Below are positions 9,385 to 19,799 of a DNA stretch of 64,000 bases, in pieces. Position numbers and translations under genes: made by a program. Source of the stretch: Candidatus Rokuibacteriota bacterium (GTDB taxonomy: Bacteria > Methylomirabilota > Methylomirabilia > Rokubacteriales > CSP1-6); assembly GCA_003220265.1 (NCBI GenBank), contig QHRW01000118.1, forward strand, positions 23,186 through 87,185. Reading direction: 5' to 3'. Under the pieces are notes generated by a model. That model made no database searches. It saw nothing but the letters and a program-made list of their open reading frames with translations, and was not told where the DNA came from. The first letter of the stretch is position 1. The number at the start of each line of letters is the position of its first letter.

Positions 9385-11244
9385 GTGATCGCTGACGTCG
9401 CGTTCGACGCGCCCGTCGATCATCCCTTCTCGTATCGCGTGCCCGCCGGCTGGTCCCTCGCCGCCGGCCAGCGCGTGCTGGCGCCGCTCGGTGGCGCCCG
9501 GCGCGTCGGCCTCGTCGTGGCGGTGCGCGACGGCGACGACCCCGGGCTCAAGCCGCTGCTGGCGCTCGCCGAGACGGCGCCCGCGCTCGGCGCCGCCGGT
9601 CTCGACCTCGCGCGCTGGATCGCCGCCGAGTCGCTGTCCTCGCTGGGCTCGACGTCCGCCGCGCTCTTGCCGCCGGTGGACCCGGGCGCCGCGCGCGCGG
9701 TCGCCGCCGCCCTGCCGTCCCGCGATGCGCGCGCGCCGGCCCGCGGCGTCTCGACGGCGCGGCCGGCGGGCGGCGGCCCGGCGCCGGGCGGGGCGGCGAG
9801 CGGCGTCGAGCTGCTCGTGGGCGCCGGGCGCGAGCGGCGCCTGCTCGACCGCGTCGCGCAGGCGCCGAGCGCACTGGTCATCGTTCCCGACGTGGAGGCG
9901 GCGGCGCGGTGGGCCCAACGGCTCGGCAAGCATCGCGCGGTGCTGCGGCTGGACTCCGGCGTGCCCGACGGCGAGCGCGCGGAGGCGTGGGCGCGCCTGC
10001 GCGACGGCGGCGTGGCGGTGGGCACGCGCTCGGCGCTGCTGGCCCCGCTGGCGCCGGACGCGCTGCTCGCCCTCGTCGACGAGCACGAGGCCGCGCACAA
10101 GCCGCCCGGCCCGCCGCGCATCCACTCGCGCGACGTCGTGCTGGAGCGCGCGCAGCGCGAGCGGCGCCGCGCGCTGCTCACGGCGGCGACGCCGAGCGTG
10201 GAGCTGTGGTGGCGCGCCGGCGAGCGCGGCGGCGTCGCCATGACGCCGCCCGCGCCCGGGCCCTGGCCGGCGGTGACCATCGCCGACACACGCGGCATCC
10301 TGCGGCGCGAGCCGCTCACGCCGCCGCTGGCGCGCACGGTGCGCGAGACGCTGGCGGCCGGGCGCCGCGTGCTGCTGCTGGTGAGCCGCCTCGCCTCGTC
10401 GCTGGCCTGCGACGAGTGCGGTGAGATCGTGCGCTGTCCCCAGTGCGCGCTGGCGCTCGTCTACACGCGCGCGGCGGCCACGCTCTCGTGCCGGCTGTGC
10501 GGCACGACGCTGCCGCTGCCCGACACCTGCGTGCACTGCCAGGGCCGGCGGCTGTCGCCGTTCGGCTGGGGCCTCGAGCGCGTGGAGCACGCGGTGCGCC
10601 GGCGCTTCCCGAAAGCGCGCGTGGCGCGCTGGGACCCCGAGGCCTCGCGCGGCGCCAAGGGCGAGGCGCAGCGCGCGGCGGCGGCTGCCGCCGAGATCGT
10701 CATCGGCACGCGCGGCGCGCTGCGCCTGTTCGGTCCCGCCTCGCTCGGCCTGGCCGGCTTCGTGTCCCCCGATCAGCTCCTGCGCCTGCCCGACTTCCGC
10801 GCCGGCGAGCGGATGTTCGCGCTGCTGTGGGCGGCGGCCGAGCGCGTGGGCGCCCACGGCAGCCTGGTGATCCAGTCGCAGAATCCCGGCCACTACGCGC
10901 TGGACGCGGTGGCGCGGCAGGAGCTGGCGGCGTTCTATCGCGCCGAGCTGAAGTTTCGCGGCGAGCTCGGCTATCCCCCCTTCCGCCGCCTCGCGCTCGT
11001 CACCGTGACGGGCGGCGAGCGGCGGCTGGCCGACGAGATCGTCGCGGCGCTGCGCGCGTCCACGCGTCTCACCGTATATCCGCCGATCGCCGAGCGGCGC
11101 GAGCGCGCGCGGCGCATCGTCGTGAAGGGCCACGCCGATCTTTCCGCCGCGCTCGCCACCGCGCTGGAGGACTTCCGCGGTCCGCGTCCGCGCAGCCGCG
11201 GTATCATAGATGTGGAGGTGGATCCCGTCGAATGGCCGTCCTGA
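9385..11244 (+). CDS. priA: Primosomal protein N' (PriA), helicase motifs degenerate
   Basis: N-terminal 3'-binding-like domain, four CxxC motifs, LRLPDFRAGER, YPPF; coaBC...priA-def-fmt synteny. Confidence 0.85.
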   Translation: MIADVAFDAPVDHPFSYRVPAGWSLAAGQRVLAPLGGARRVGLVVAVRDGDDPGLKPLLALAETAPALGAAGLDLARWIAAESLSSLGSTSAALLPPVDPGAARAVAAALPSRDARAPARGVSTARPAGGGPAPGGAASGVELLVGAGRERRLLDRVAQAPSALVIVPDVEAAARWAQRLGKHRAVLRLDSGVPDGERAEAWARLRDGGVAVGTRSALLAPLAPDALLALVDEHEAAHKPPGPPRIHSRDVVLERAQRERRRALLTAATPSVELWWRAGERGGVAMTPPAPGPWPAVTIADTRGILRREPLTPPLARTVRETLAAGRRVLLLVSRLASSLACDECGEIVRCPQCALALVYTRAAATLSCRLCGTTLPLPDTCVHCQGRRLSPFGWGLERVEHAVRRRFPKARVARWDPEASRGAKGEAQRAAAAAAEIVIGTRGALRLFGPASLGLAGFVSPDQLLRLPDFRAGERMFALLWAAAERVGAHGSLVIQSQNPGHYALDAVARQELAAFYRAELKFRGELGYPPFRRLALVTVTGGERRLADEIVAALRASTRLTVYPPIAERRERARRIVVKGHADLSAALATALEDFRGPRPRSRGIIDVEVDPVEWPS

Positions 11245-11759
11245 AAGTCCGCCGGTATGGCGACCCCGTGCTGCGTCGTCGCGCCGTCCCCATCGACGCG
11301 GTGACTCCGGAGCTGCGCCGGCTGGTGGACGACATGACCGACACCATGTACGACGAGGTCGGCATCGGCCTCGCCGCGCCCCAGGTGGGCCACTCGGTGC
11401 GTCTCCTGGTCGTCGGCGACGAGGAAGGGCGGGGCGTCCAGGTCCTGGTGAACCCCGTCATCACGGAGTCGGGCGGCTCCGTCACGGCGGAGGAGGGCTG
11501 CCTGTCGCTGCCCGGCATCTTCGCCGACGTCACGCGCGCGCAGTGGGTGAAGCTCGAGGCGCGCGACCTCGAGGGCCGTCCGATCGCGATCACGGCGCGC
11601 GGCCTGCGCTCGCGCGTGTTCCAGCACGAGATCGATCACCTCGACGGCGTGCTCTTCATCGATCGCCTCGATCCGGTCACCCGCGACCGCATCAAGCGCC
11701 GGATCAAGAAGGAAGGCTTCACCGAGGACGCCACCTCCCATCGCGCCTTCGCACTGTAG
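11232..11759 (+). CDS. def: Peptide deformylase
   Basis: From ATG 11232: GIGLAAPQVG, EGCLS, QHEIDHL. Confidence 0.97.
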   Translation: MAVLKVRRYGDPVLRRRAVPIDAVTPELRRLVDDMTDTMYDEVGIGLAAPQVGHSVRLLVVGDEEGRGVQVLVNPVITESGGSVTAEEGCLSLPGIFADVTRAQWVKLEARDLEGRPIAITARGLRSRVFQHEIDHLDGVLFIDRLDPVTRDRIKRRIKKEGFTEDATSHRAFAL

Positions 11760-11761
11760 TC

Positions 11762-11797
11762 ATGGGGGGCCCCGATATGGCCCCCCAAGCCCCCCAT
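11762..11797 (+). repeat. G/C-run palindromic intergenic repeat (REP-like), copy 1
   Basis: GGGGGGCC-CCGATAT-GGCCCCCC hairpin; the 23-nt core recurs inverted at about 39815-39850. Confidence 0.7.
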
Positions 11798-11802
11798 CTC
11801 GC

Positions 11803-12720
11803 GTGAAAGTGTTGTTCTACGGGACGCCGGCGTTCGCGCTCCCCGCATTCCAGGCGGTGCGCGACGCGCACACGATCGTCGGGGTCGTCACGCAGCCCGA
11901 TCGGCCGGCGCACCGCGGGCAGAAGCTGACGCCGCCGGCGGTGAAGGTTGCCGCGCAGGCCGCCGGTCTGCCCGTGCTGCAGCCGGCGCGGGTGCGGGAT
12001 CCCGAGTGGCCGGAGCGGCTGCGCGCGCTCGGCGCCGACGTCGCCGTCGTCGTCGCCTTCGGGCAGATCCTGCCGCAGGCGGTGCTCGACGCGCCGGCAC
12101 GCGGCTCCATCAACATCCACGCCTCGCTGCTGCCGAAGTATCGCGGCGCGGCGCCGATCCAGTGGGCCATCATCCGCGGCGAGACGGTGACCGGGATCAC
12201 GACGTTCCAGATGGACGCCGGCATGGACACGGGCGCCATTCTCCGGATGGCCGAGACGCCGATCGGGTCCGACGAGACCGCCGGTGAGCTGAGCGAGCGG
12301 TTGGCCCCGCTGGGCGCGCGCGTGATCCTCGACACGCTGGCGCGGCTCGACACGCTCACGGCCACGCCGCAGCCGGCCGAGGGCGCCACGCTGGCGCCGC
12401 GCCTGAAGAAGAAAGACGGTGTGCTCGACTGGCACCGCCCGGCGCGCGACCTCGTCAACCTCGTGCGCGGCTGCAACCCGTGGCCGGGCGCCACCGCGAT
12501 GACGCCCTCGGGCCCGCTCGCCGTCTGGCGCGCGCGCGTCGTGGACGGCTCGGGGCCGCCCGGCACCCTCGTCGCGCACGCGCGCACGCTGGCGATCGCC
12601 ACCGGCGCCGGCGCCGTCCTGCCCGTCGAGGTCCAGCCCGAGAGCCGGCGCGCGATCTCGTGGGACGACTACCTGCGCGGCGCGCGGCTCACGGCCGGCC
12701 ACGCGCTGGCCGCGCGATGA
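11803..12720 (+). CDS. fmt: Methionyl-tRNA formyltransferase
   Basis: FYGTPAFA, VVTQPDRP, INIHASLLPKYRGAAPIQWAI. Confidence 0.97.
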   Translation: MKVLFYGTPAFALPAFQAVRDAHTIVGVVTQPDRPAHRGQKLTPPAVKVAAQAAGLPVLQPARVRDPEWPERLRALGADVAVVVAFGQILPQAVLDAPARGSINIHASLLPKYRGAAPIQWAIIRGETVTGITTFQMDAGMDTGAILRMAETPIGSDETAGELSERLAPLGARVILDTLARLDTLTATPQPAEGATLAPRLKKKDGVLDWHRPARDLVNLVRGCNPWPGATAMTPSGPLAVWRARVVDGSGPPGTLVAHARTLAIATGAGAVLPVEVQPESRRAISWDDYLRGARLTAGHALAAR

Positions 12721-14117
12721 CCGCGGCCGCCGGCGCGCCGCGCGGCCGTCGCCCTGCGGGCGATCGGCCGGCCCGGCGCTCGGCTGCGCGCCCGTCGCCC
12801 GCGCGGGAGGTGGCGGCGCGCGTGCTGGAGCGCGTGGAGACCGACGCCGCCTTCGCCGATCTCGCGCTCGACGCCGAGCTGGCGCGCCGCGCGCTGCCGC
12901 CGCGCGACATCGCGCTGGCCACCGAGCTGATCTACGGCACGCTGCGCTGGCAGCGCTATCTCGACTGGATCCTCTCGCCTCACTCGCGCCGGCGGCTACC
13001 GTCGCTCGACGCGCGCGTGCGCGTGCTCCTGCGCCTCACGGCCTACCAGCTCGCCTTCCTCGAGCGGGTGCCGGCGTTCGCGGCCGTCAACGACGCGGTC
13101 ACGCTGGCGCGCGGCGCGCCGGGCGTCGCCGAGTACGTCAACGCGGTCCTGCGCGCGTTCGCGCGGCGCGGCGCGCCCGAGCGCGAGCCGGCGCCTCCGC
13201 GCGAGGCGCTGGAGGCCCTGGCCACGCGCTGCTCGTTCCCGTCGTGGCTGGCCGCGCGGTGGCTCGCCCGCTACGGTGCCGAGGAGGCCGAGGCGCTGAT
13301 GCGGGCGCTGAACGAGCGGCCGCCCCTCACGCTCCGCGCCAACACGCGACGCACCGGTCGCGACGCGCTGGCCGAGCGCCTGCGAGCGGAGGAGCAGGTG
13401 CAGACGCGACCCACGACTCTCGCGCCCGAGGGCCTGGTGGCCGAGAGCGGCGGGGCGCCCGGCCGCTGGCGGGCGTTCGCCGAGGGGGACTGTGTCGCGC
13501 AGGACGAGGCATCCATGCTCGTCGCGCGGCTGCTCGAACCCGCGCCCGGCGAGACCGTCGCCGACGTGTGCGCGGCGCCCGGCACGAAGACGACGCACCT
13601 CGCGCAGCTCATGGACGATCGTGGCCGCGTGCTGGCGCTCGATCCCCAGCCCGCGCGCCTTGCCCGCGTGACCGAGGCCGCCGCGCGCCTGGGCCTCACG
13701 ATCGTCGAGACGATCGAGGGCCCCGTGGAGACGCTGGCCCCGCGCTGGGCCGGCGCCTGCGATCGCGTCCTGGTCGACGCGCCCTGCACGAACCTCGGCG
13801 TGCTTCGCCGGAACCCGGAGGTGAAGTGGCGCCGCCAGCCGGGCGACGTCGCCGCCGTCGCCGAGCGGCAGCGCAGTATTCTGACGGCCGCGGCGACGCT
13901 GGTCCGCCCGGGCGGCTGCCTCGTGTACGCCACGTGCTCGCTCGAGCCCGAGGAGAACGATGCCGTCGTCCGCGACTTCCTCGCGGCGCAGCCGGAGTTC
14001 GGCCGCGACACTCCGGCCGATTTCTTCGTGGCCCCCGACGCGGCCGGCTTCGTGCGGTTCCTGCCGCACCGCCACGCGACCGACGGCTTCACAGCGATCC
14101 GCCTCCGCCGGCGCTGA
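12717..14117 (+). CDS. rsmB: 16S rRNA m5C967 methyltransferase (NusB-like + MTase)
   Basis: From ATG 12717 (ATGA overlap): QDEAS, DVCAAPGTKT, DAPCT, YATCSLEPEEN. Confidence 0.95.
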   Translation: MTAAAGAPRGRRPAGDRPARRSAARPSPAREVAARVLERVETDAAFADLALDAELARRALPPRDIALATELIYGTLRWQRYLDWILSPHSRRRLPSLDARVRVLLRLTAYQLAFLERVPAFAAVNDAVTLARGAPGVAEYVNAVLRAFARRGAPEREPAPPREALEALATRCSFPSWLAARWLARYGAEEAEALMRALNERPPLTLRANTRRTGRDALAERLRAEEQVQTRPTTLAPEGLVAESGGAPGRWRAFAEGDCVAQDEASMLVARLLEPAPGETVADVCAAPGTKTTHLAQLMDDRGRVLALDPQPARLARVTEAAARLGLTIVETIEGPVETLAPRWAGACDRVLVDAPCTNLGVLRRNPEVKWRRQPGDVAAVAERQRSILTAAATLVRPGGCLVYATCSLEPEENDAVVRDFLAAQPEFGRDTPADFFVAPDAAGFVRFLPHRHATDGFTAIRLRRR

Positions 14118-14141
14118 GGCGTTTGGGGTATAAGAGGGGGC

Positions 14142-14807
14142 ATGGTCAAGATCGCGCCCTCGATTCTCTCCGCCGACTTCGGCATCCTGGCCGAGGAGAT
14201 CGCCAGGGTCGAAGCCGCCGGCGCCGATCAGCTCCACATCGACGTCATGGACGGCCGCTTCGTCCCGAACATCTCGATGGGCTTTCCGATCCTCGACGCG
14301 ATCCGCAAGCGCACGCGGCTGCCGCTCGACCTCCACCTGATGATCGTGGAGCCCGAGAAGTACCTGCCCGAGTTCGCCGCCCGCGGCGCCGACATGCTGA
14401 CCGTGCACGTGGAAGCCTGCCCGCACCTGCAGCGCACGCTGGTGAGCATCCGCGAGCTGGCGGCCAGGCGCGGCGCGCCCGTGAAGGCCGGCGCGGCGCT
14501 GAACCCGGCCACCCATCCGTCCACGCTCGACTACGTCACCGACGATCTCGATCTGGTCCTCGTGATGTCGGTGAACCCGGGCTTCGGCGGCCAGAAGCTG
14601 ATCCCGGCCGTCTATCCCAAGATCCGCCAGATCCGCTCCCTGCTCGGCACCCGCCCCATCGACGTCTCCATCGATGGCGGCGTGAAGGTCGAGCACGCGC
14701 GGCCGCTGGTCGAGCACGGCGCGTCGATTCTCGTCGCTGGCTCGGCCGTGTTCGAAGCCAAGGACCCGGCCGCCGTCATCAAGCAGATGCGCAGCGCCGC
14801 CGGCTAA
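14142..14807 (+). CDS. rpe: Ribulose-phosphate 3-epimerase
   Basis: APSILSADF, HIDVMDGRFVPN, MSVNPGFGGQ, IDGG. Confidence 0.97.
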   Translation: MVKIAPSILSADFGILAEEIARVEAAGADQLHIDVMDGRFVPNISMGFPILDAIRKRTRLPLDLHLMIVEPEKYLPEFAARGADMLTVHVEACPHLQRTLVSIRELAARRGAPVKAGAALNPATHPSTLDYVTDDLDLVLVMSVNPGFGGQKLIPAVYPKIRQIRSLLGTRPIDVSIDGGVKVEHARPLVEHGASILVAGSAVFEAKDPAAVIKQMRSAAG

Positions 14808-14846
14808 CCGGCGAATCCTGCCGTAGCCCCGCGGCATCCCAAGCGC

Positions 14847-15515
14847 ATGAAGAGTGCGAACGGCCTGCGCGTGGCGGAGCTGTGGCGCTACCCGGTCAAG
14901 TCGCTGGCCGGCGAGCGCCTGCCGCGCGCGGTCGTGTCGGCCAACGGCATCGACGGCGATCGCGTCGTGCACGTGCGTGACGGCCGCGGGCGCGTGATCA
15001 CGGCCCGGACGCATCCGAAGCTGCTCGGTCTCTCGGCCGTGCTCGGCGAGGACGGCGAGCCACGGATCGCGGGACGCCCGTGGACCGCGCCCGAGTCGGC
15101 AGCGGCCATCCGCGCCGCCGCCGGGCCCCAGGCCACGCTGGCGCGCCACGACGGTCCGGAGCGCTTCGACGTCCTGCCCCTGCTGGTGGCCACCGACGGC
15201 GCCATCACCGCCCTCGGCGTGGATGGCCGGCGGCTGCGTCCCAACGTCGTCATCGCCGGGGCCGAGGGCCTGGCCGAGCGAGGCTGGCCCGGCCGCCGGC
15301 TGCGCATCGGCGAGGTGGTCATCGCGCTCGAGAAGCTCCGCGGGCGCTGCGTGATGACCACGTATGACCCCGACACGCAGGCTCAGGACCTGGGCGTGCT
15401 CCAGCGCATCGTCGATGAATTCGGGGGCCGGATGGCGCTCGACAGCGCGGTGCTCAGCGGGGGTTCGATCGCCATTGATGATCCAGTAGAACTCCTCGAC
15501 CCGGACAAAGTTTAG
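14847..15515 (+). CDS. MOSC domain-containing protein
   Basis: LWRYPVKS, RLRPNVVI, GRCVMTT motifs. Confidence 0.85.
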   Translation: MKSANGLRVAELWRYPVKSLAGERLPRAVVSANGIDGDRVVHVRDGRGRVITARTHPKLLGLSAVLGEDGEPRIAGRPWTAPESAAAIRAAAGPQATLARHDGPERFDVLPLLVATDGAITALGVDGRRLRPNVVIAGAEGLAERGWPGRRLRIGEVVIALEKLRGRCVMTTYDPDTQAQDLGVLQRIVDEFGGRMALDSAVLSGGSIAIDDPVELLDPDKV

Positions 15516-15540
15516 CCGATCGCCGACCGCGATTGCCCGG

Positions 15541-15586
15541 CAAGTCGCTGATTCTGCAGATTCCTGGGTTTGGCACTCTGATTGAA
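15541..15586 (+). promoter_or_regulatory. Possible sigma54 promoter with upstream IHF-like site
   Basis: TGGCAC(15571-76)-N5-TTGA (variant -12). The reverse strand of 15541-53 reads AATCAG-CGAC-TTG, matching WATCAR-N4-TTR. Confidence 0.45.
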
Positions 15587-15599
15587 CATTGGAAAGACC

Positions 15600-15764
15600 A
15601 TGAAACTCCTGAGGGCTCTTGGAATCCGGCGGTGGGACTGGCGGACGTGCTGGCGCGAGGGTGAGTTCTGGCTCTGCATGGCCACCCTGCTGATGCCCTT
15701 CGGCTTCGTGCTGCTGCTCTTCCAGTGGGAGCCCGTTCGCGCGCGCCTGCTCGCCCGTCGCTAA
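15600..15764 (+). CDS. 54-aa Trp-rich small membrane protein, unknown function
   Basis: MKLLRALGIRRWDWRTCWREGEFWLCMATLLMPFGFVLLLFQWEPVRARLLARR; fills an intergenic gap and has one hydrophobic segment. Confidence 0.6.
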   Translation: MKLLRALGIRRWDWRTCWREGEFWLCMATLLMPFGFVLLLFQWEPVRARLLARR

Positions 15765-15800
15765 AGCGCGCCGCCCGCGGTCGCCGTACCCGCCCCCGAG

Positions 15801-15829
15801 TTGAAATGTTCCGCATAGTTCCGTAGACT
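15801..15829 (+). promoter_or_regulatory. sigma70-type promoter of ffh operon
   Basis: TTGAAA-17 nt-TAGACT ending 11 nt before the ffh ATG. Confidence 0.6.
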
Positions 15830-15840
15830 GCGTTTTTCCA

Positions 15841-17190
15841 ATGCTGGACTCCCTGAGCACACGACTGCAGTCGATCTTCGACCGCCTCGGCGGGCGCGGC
15901 CGGCTGAGCGAGGACAACATCCAGGAGGCGCTGCGCGAGATCCGCGTGGCGTTGCTGGAGGCCGACGTCAACTTCAAGGTCGTGCGCGGGTTCGTAGACC
16001 GCGTGCGCGAGAAAGCGGTCGGTCAGGATGTCCTCAAATCGTTGACGCCAGCGCAACAAGTGGTGAAAGTTGTTCACGACGAGCTGGTCGAGCTGCTGGG
16101 CGGCAGCGGGCATCGGCTGGCCATGGCATCGCACCCGCCCACCGTCATCATGCTGATGGGCCTGCAGGGCTCGGGCAAGACGACGACGGCCGCGAAGCTG
16201 GCGCGGATGTACGGCAAGCAGGGCCAGCATCCGATCCTCGCCGCTGCCGACATCTATCGGCCGGCCGCCCAGGAGCAGCTCCGCACGCTCGGCGCGCAGC
16301 TCTCCTACCCGGTCGTCGGCGAGGCGGGCCAGACGCCGCTCCAGATCTGCCGCGCCGCCCGCGACGAGGCGGCCGCCCGGGGCCTCACGCCCCTCATCCT
16401 CGACACCGCCGGCCGCCTGCACATCGACGAGACGATGCTCGACGAGCTGAAGGCCATCAAGCGCGACGTGGCGCCCCACCACGTCCTGCTGGTCGTGGAT
16501 GCCATGACCGGCCAGGACGCCGTCACCGTGGCCGACAAGTTCAACCAGGCCGTCGGCATCGACGCGGTGATCCTCACCAAGATGGACGGCGACTCGCGCG
16601 GCGGCGCCGCGCTCTCCGTGCGCCACGTGACCGGCCGGCCCATCGCCTTCGTCGGCATGGGCGAGAAGACCGACGCGCTCGAGCCCTTCCATCCCGACCG
16701 CCTGGCCTCCCGCATCCTCGGCATGGGCGACGTGCTGTCGCTGGTCGAGAAGGCCCAGCAGGTCGTCGACCAGGAACAAGCCCAGGAGATGGTGCGGAAG
16801 CTCCGCGAGGACACCTTCACCCTCGACGACTTCCGCCAGCAGCTCCAGCAGCTCAAGCAGATGGGCCCGCTCGACCAGGTGCTCGGCATGCTGCCCTTCG
16901 GCAAGATGCTCAAGGGCGCGCCGGCCGAGCTGCAGAGCGAGCAGGCCGACTTCGCGCGCTTCGATGCGATCATCACCTCGATGACGCCGGGCGAGCGGCA
17001 CAATCCCGAAGTCATCAACGGCAGCCGGCGCCAGCGGATCGCGCGCGGCAGCGGCACCAGCGTGCAGGACGTGAACCGGCTGCTCAAGCAGTACGCGCAG
17101 CTCAGGAAGATGATGAGGCAGTTCAAAGGCATGGAAGGCAAGCTCGGCAAGCTCAAGAACCTGCCCGGCTTCCCCACGCTCAGGGGGTGA
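15841..17190 (+). CDS. ffh: Signal recognition particle protein
   Basis: [32 protein letters not shown], Met-rich M domain. Confidence 0.98.
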   Translation: MLDSLSTRLQSIFDRLGGRGRLSEDNIQEALREIRVALLEADVNFKVVRGFVDRVREKAVGQDVLKSLTPAQQVVKVVHDELVELLGGSGHRLAMASHPPTVIMLMGLQGSGKTTTAAKLARMYGKQGQHPILAAADIYRPAAQEQLRTLGAQLSYPVVGEAGQTPLQICRAARDEAAARGLTPLILDTAGRLHIDETMLDELKAIKRDVAPHHVLLVVDAMTGQDAVTVADKFNQAVGIDAVILTKMDGDSRGGAALSVRHVTGRPIAFVGMGEKTDALEPFHPDRLASRILGMGDVLSLVEKAQQVVDQEQAQEMVRKLREDTFTLDDFRQQLQQLKQMGPLDQVLGMLPFGKMLKGAPAELQSEQADFARFDAIITSMTPGERHNPEVINGSRRQRIARGSGTSVQDVNRLLKQYAQLRKMMRQFKGMEGKLGKLKNLPGFPTLRG

Positions 17191-17194
17191 CGAC

Positions 17195-17449
17195 GTGTCA
17201 GTGACGATTCGACTGCGACGAGAAGGCTCGAGCAAGCGGCCACGCTACCGTGTGGTGGTGGCGGACTCGCGGGCGCCGCGCGACGGCCGCTTCATCGAGG
17301 TGATCGGCCACTACAACCCGGTCACGCAGCCGCCCACGGTCAAGATCGACCGCGACCGGGCGAGTGCCTGGATCAGCAAGGGCGCCCAGCCCTCCAACAC
17401 CGTGAAGAAGCTGATCGCGGTGGCCGCCAAGGCGACGCCGCAGCCCTGA
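17195..17449 (+). CDS. rpsP: 30S ribosomal protein S16
   Basis: [25 protein letters not shown]. Confidence 0.97.
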   Translation: MSVTIRLRREGSSKRPRYRVVVADSRAPRDGRFIEVIGHYNPVTQPPTVKIDRDRASAWISKGAQPSNTVKKLIAVAAKATPQP

Positions 17450-17450
17450 G

Positions 17451-17975
17451 GTGAGCGGCGAAGACCTCGTCGTGATCGGCGAGGTGGTGCGGCCCCACGG
17501 CGTGCACGGGGCCGTGCGGGTGACGCTGCAGACCGACCGGCCGGAGCGGTTCGAGGCCTTGCGCGAGTGCGTGCTGTGGGACCCCGCCAGCGACGCGCGC
17601 ACGCCCGGCCACATCCGCGGGGTGCGGCGGCAGGGCGACGACGCGGTGCTGCTCTCGCTGGCCGAGTACGACTCGCCGGAAGCGGCGCGCGCCCTCGTGG
17701 GACGGCTGATCGCGCTGCCGCGCGCGCAGGCGCTGCCCGCCCCGCCCGGCCACGCGTACCCGTGGCAACTGGCCGGCTGCCGCGTGGAGCTCGAGGACGG
17801 GCGCGTGATCGGCGAGCTGCGCGGCGTGGAGCCCTCGCCCGCGCAGGACCTGTGGATCGTGCGCGGGCCCGAGCGCGAGCACCTGATCCCGGCCGTGCCG
17901 GAGATCATCTGGGAGGTGGACCTGGAAGCGCGGCGCATCGTGATCCGGCCGCCGGAGGGACTGCTCGACATCTAG
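17451..17975 (+). CDS. rimM: Ribosome maturation factor
   Basis: [28 protein letters not shown]; rpsP-rimM-trmD synteny. Confidence 0.93.
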   Translation: MSGEDLVVIGEVVRPHGVHGAVRVTLQTDRPERFEALRECVLWDPASDARTPGHIRGVRRQGDDAVLLSLAEYDSPEAARALVGRLIALPRAQALPAPPGHAYPWQLAGCRVELEDGRVIGELRGVEPSPAQDLWIVRGPEREHLIPAVPEIIWEVDLEARRIVIRPPEGLLDI

Positions 17976-17983
17976 GGCGCGGC

Positions 17984-18733
17984 ATGCGCATCGATATCGT
18001 GACCCTGTTTCCGGGGATGGTGGAGCCGGTCGTCTCGGAGTCGATCCTCGGCCGCGCGCGAGCGCGCGGGCTCGTTGACATCCGGGTGGTCAATCTCCGA
18101 GACTACGCGGGGGGCAAGCACCGGATCACCGACGACTACCAGTTCGGCGGCGGCGGCGGGATGGTGCTGAAGCCCGAGCCGCTGTTCGCGGCCGTCGAGG
18201 CGCTGCGCACGCCGGCGGCGCACGTGATCCTGACGGACCCGCGCGGCCGGCGCTTCACGCAAGCGGTCGCGGCCGAGCTCGCGCAGGTGTCGCACGTGAT
18301 CCTCCTGGCCGGGCGGTACGAGGGCGTGGACGAGCGCGTGAGCGCCGGCCTCGCCGACGACGTGATCTCGATCGGCGACTACGTGCTGACCGGCGGCGAG
18401 CTGCCGGCGCTGGTGGTGGCCGACGCGGTGACGCGATTGCTGCCGGGGGCGCTGGGCGCCGAGGGCGCGGCGGAGCGCGAGTCGTTCGCGAGCGGGCTGC
18501 TGGAGCCGCCGCAGTACACGCGCCCCGAGGACTTTCGCGGGGCGCGCGTGCCGGCCGTGCTGCTCTCCGGCGATCACCCGCGCATCGCGCGGTGGCGCCG
18601 GGTGCAGGCGCTGTGGCTGACGTGGAAGCACCGGCCCGATCTGCTGGCGGCGGCGACACTGGACGCCGCGGACCGGGGCTGGATCGAGCGATTCGAGCGC
18701 GGGGAGACCCCGCCGACCGACGAGGCTCCCTGA
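17984..18733 (+). CDS. trmD: tRNA (guanine-N1)-methyltransferase
   Basis: From ATG 17984: [39 protein letters not shown]. Confidence 0.97.
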   Translation: MRIDIVTLFPGMVEPVVSESILGRARARGLVDIRVVNLRDYAGGKHRITDDYQFGGGGGMVLKPEPLFAAVEALRTPAAHVILTDPRGRRFTQAVAAELAQVSHVILLAGRYEGVDERVSAGLADDVISIGDYVLTGGELPALVVADAVTRLLPGALGAEGAAERESFASGLLEPPQYTRPEDFRGARVPAVLLSGDHPRIARWRRVQALWLTWKHRPDLLAAATLDAADRGWIERFERGETPPTDEAP

Positions 18734-18756
18734 CGGGGCAAGGAGAAGGAAGCGCC

Positions 18757-19140
18757 ATGGATGCGATTCGACTGGTCGAGGCCGCGCAGCTCAAGAAGGA
18801 CCGCCAGGGCTTCGCCCCCGGCGACCAGGTGCGCGTGCACGTGAAGGTCATCGAGGGCGAGAAGGAGCGCACGCAGATCTTCGAGGGCACCGTGATCCGC
18901 CGCCGCGGCGAGGGCGCGCGCGCGTCGTTCACCGTGCGGCGCATCTCCTACGGCATCGGCGTGGAGCGCACGTTCCCCCTGCACTCTCCGCGCATCGAGC
19001 GCGTGGACGTCGTGCGGCGCGGCCGCGTGCGCCGCTCCAAGCTCTACTACCTGCGCGACCTCGCGGGCAAGGCGGCGCGCCTCAAGGAAAAGCGCGCGGG
19101 CGTGGTCCCGGCCACCACCACGGCCGAGACCGAAGAGTAG
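18757..19140 (+). CDS. rplS: 50S ribosomal protein L19
   Basis: From ATG 18757: [26 protein letters not shown]. Confidence 0.97.
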   Translation: MDAIRLVEAAQLKKDRQGFAPGDQVRVHVKVIEGEKERTQIFEGTVIRRRGEGARASFTVRRISYGIGVERTFPLHSPRIERVDVVRRGRVRRSKLYYLRDLAGKAARLKEKRAGVVPATTTAETEE

Positions 19141-19156
19141 CCGGCCAGCTTCGCGC

Positions 19157-19795
19157 GTGCCGACCGCGGCGCCGTACCGGTACGAAGCTCAGGCCTGGCG
19201 CACGGGCCTGAGCCGTATCGCCGGCGTCGACGAGGCCGGGCGCGGCCCGCTGGCCGGCCCTGTCGTGGCCGCGGCCGTCGTCATCGCCCCCGACCGGCGC
19301 ATCAAGGGGTTGTGCGACAGCAAGGTCCTGCCCGCCGAGAAGCGCGAGGCGCTCTTCGCCGTGATCCACGAGCGCGCCGTGGCCATCGGCGTCGGCGTGG
19401 TGGATCACCTGACGATCGATCGCATCAACATCCTGGAAGCCACGCGGGTGGCGATGATGCAGGCGCTGGCCGGGCTCGTCGTCGCGCCCGAGCTGGTGAT
19501 CACCGACTTCGTCAAGCTCCGCGAGTGTCCCTGCCCGCAGCGCAACCTGGTGGACGGTGATGCGCGCTGCGCCACGGTGGCCGCGGCCTCGATCGTCGCC
19601 AAGGTGACGCGCGACCGGCTGATGTGCGCGCTCGACGTCGAGTTTCCCGCCTACGGCTTCGCGAAGCACAAGGGGTACGCCACGGCCGACCACATCGCGG
19701 CCATCGATCGTCACGGTCTCTGCCCGCTCCACCGGCGCTCGTTCGTGAGCGCGTGGCGGCAGGGCAACCTGTTCGCGGTCGAGACCTCCGAGTAG
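19157..19795 (+). CDS. rnhB: Ribonuclease HII
   Basis: GVDEAGRGPLAGPVV, DSK, AASIVAKVTRD, HKGY. Confidence 0.96.
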   Translation: MPTAAPYRYEAQAWRTGLSRIAGVDEAGRGPLAGPVVAAAVVIAPDRRIKGLCDSKVLPAEKREALFAVIHERAVAIGVGVVDHLTIDRINILEATRVAMMQALAGLVVAPELVITDFVKLRECPCPQRNLVDGDARCATVAAASIVAKVTRDRLMCALDVEFPAYGFAKHKGYATADHIAAIDRHGLCPLHRRSFVSAWRQGNLFAVETSE

Positions 19796-19799
19796 CGCG

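Noticed and set aside
12996-15977. 993-aa minus-strand ORF and other very long ORFs (e.g. 49404..51983, 59716..62649, 45050..47344, 19938..21893)
   Set aside because: They are antisense or alternate-frame shadows of well-supported genes, expected in high-GC DNA with few stop codons, and have no recognisable motifs.
17449-17451. Absence of a KH-domain gene between rpsP and rimM, and of pilT between pilB and pilC
   Set aside because: Both arrangements vary widely among bacteria, and the genes may be elsewhere; not informative alone.
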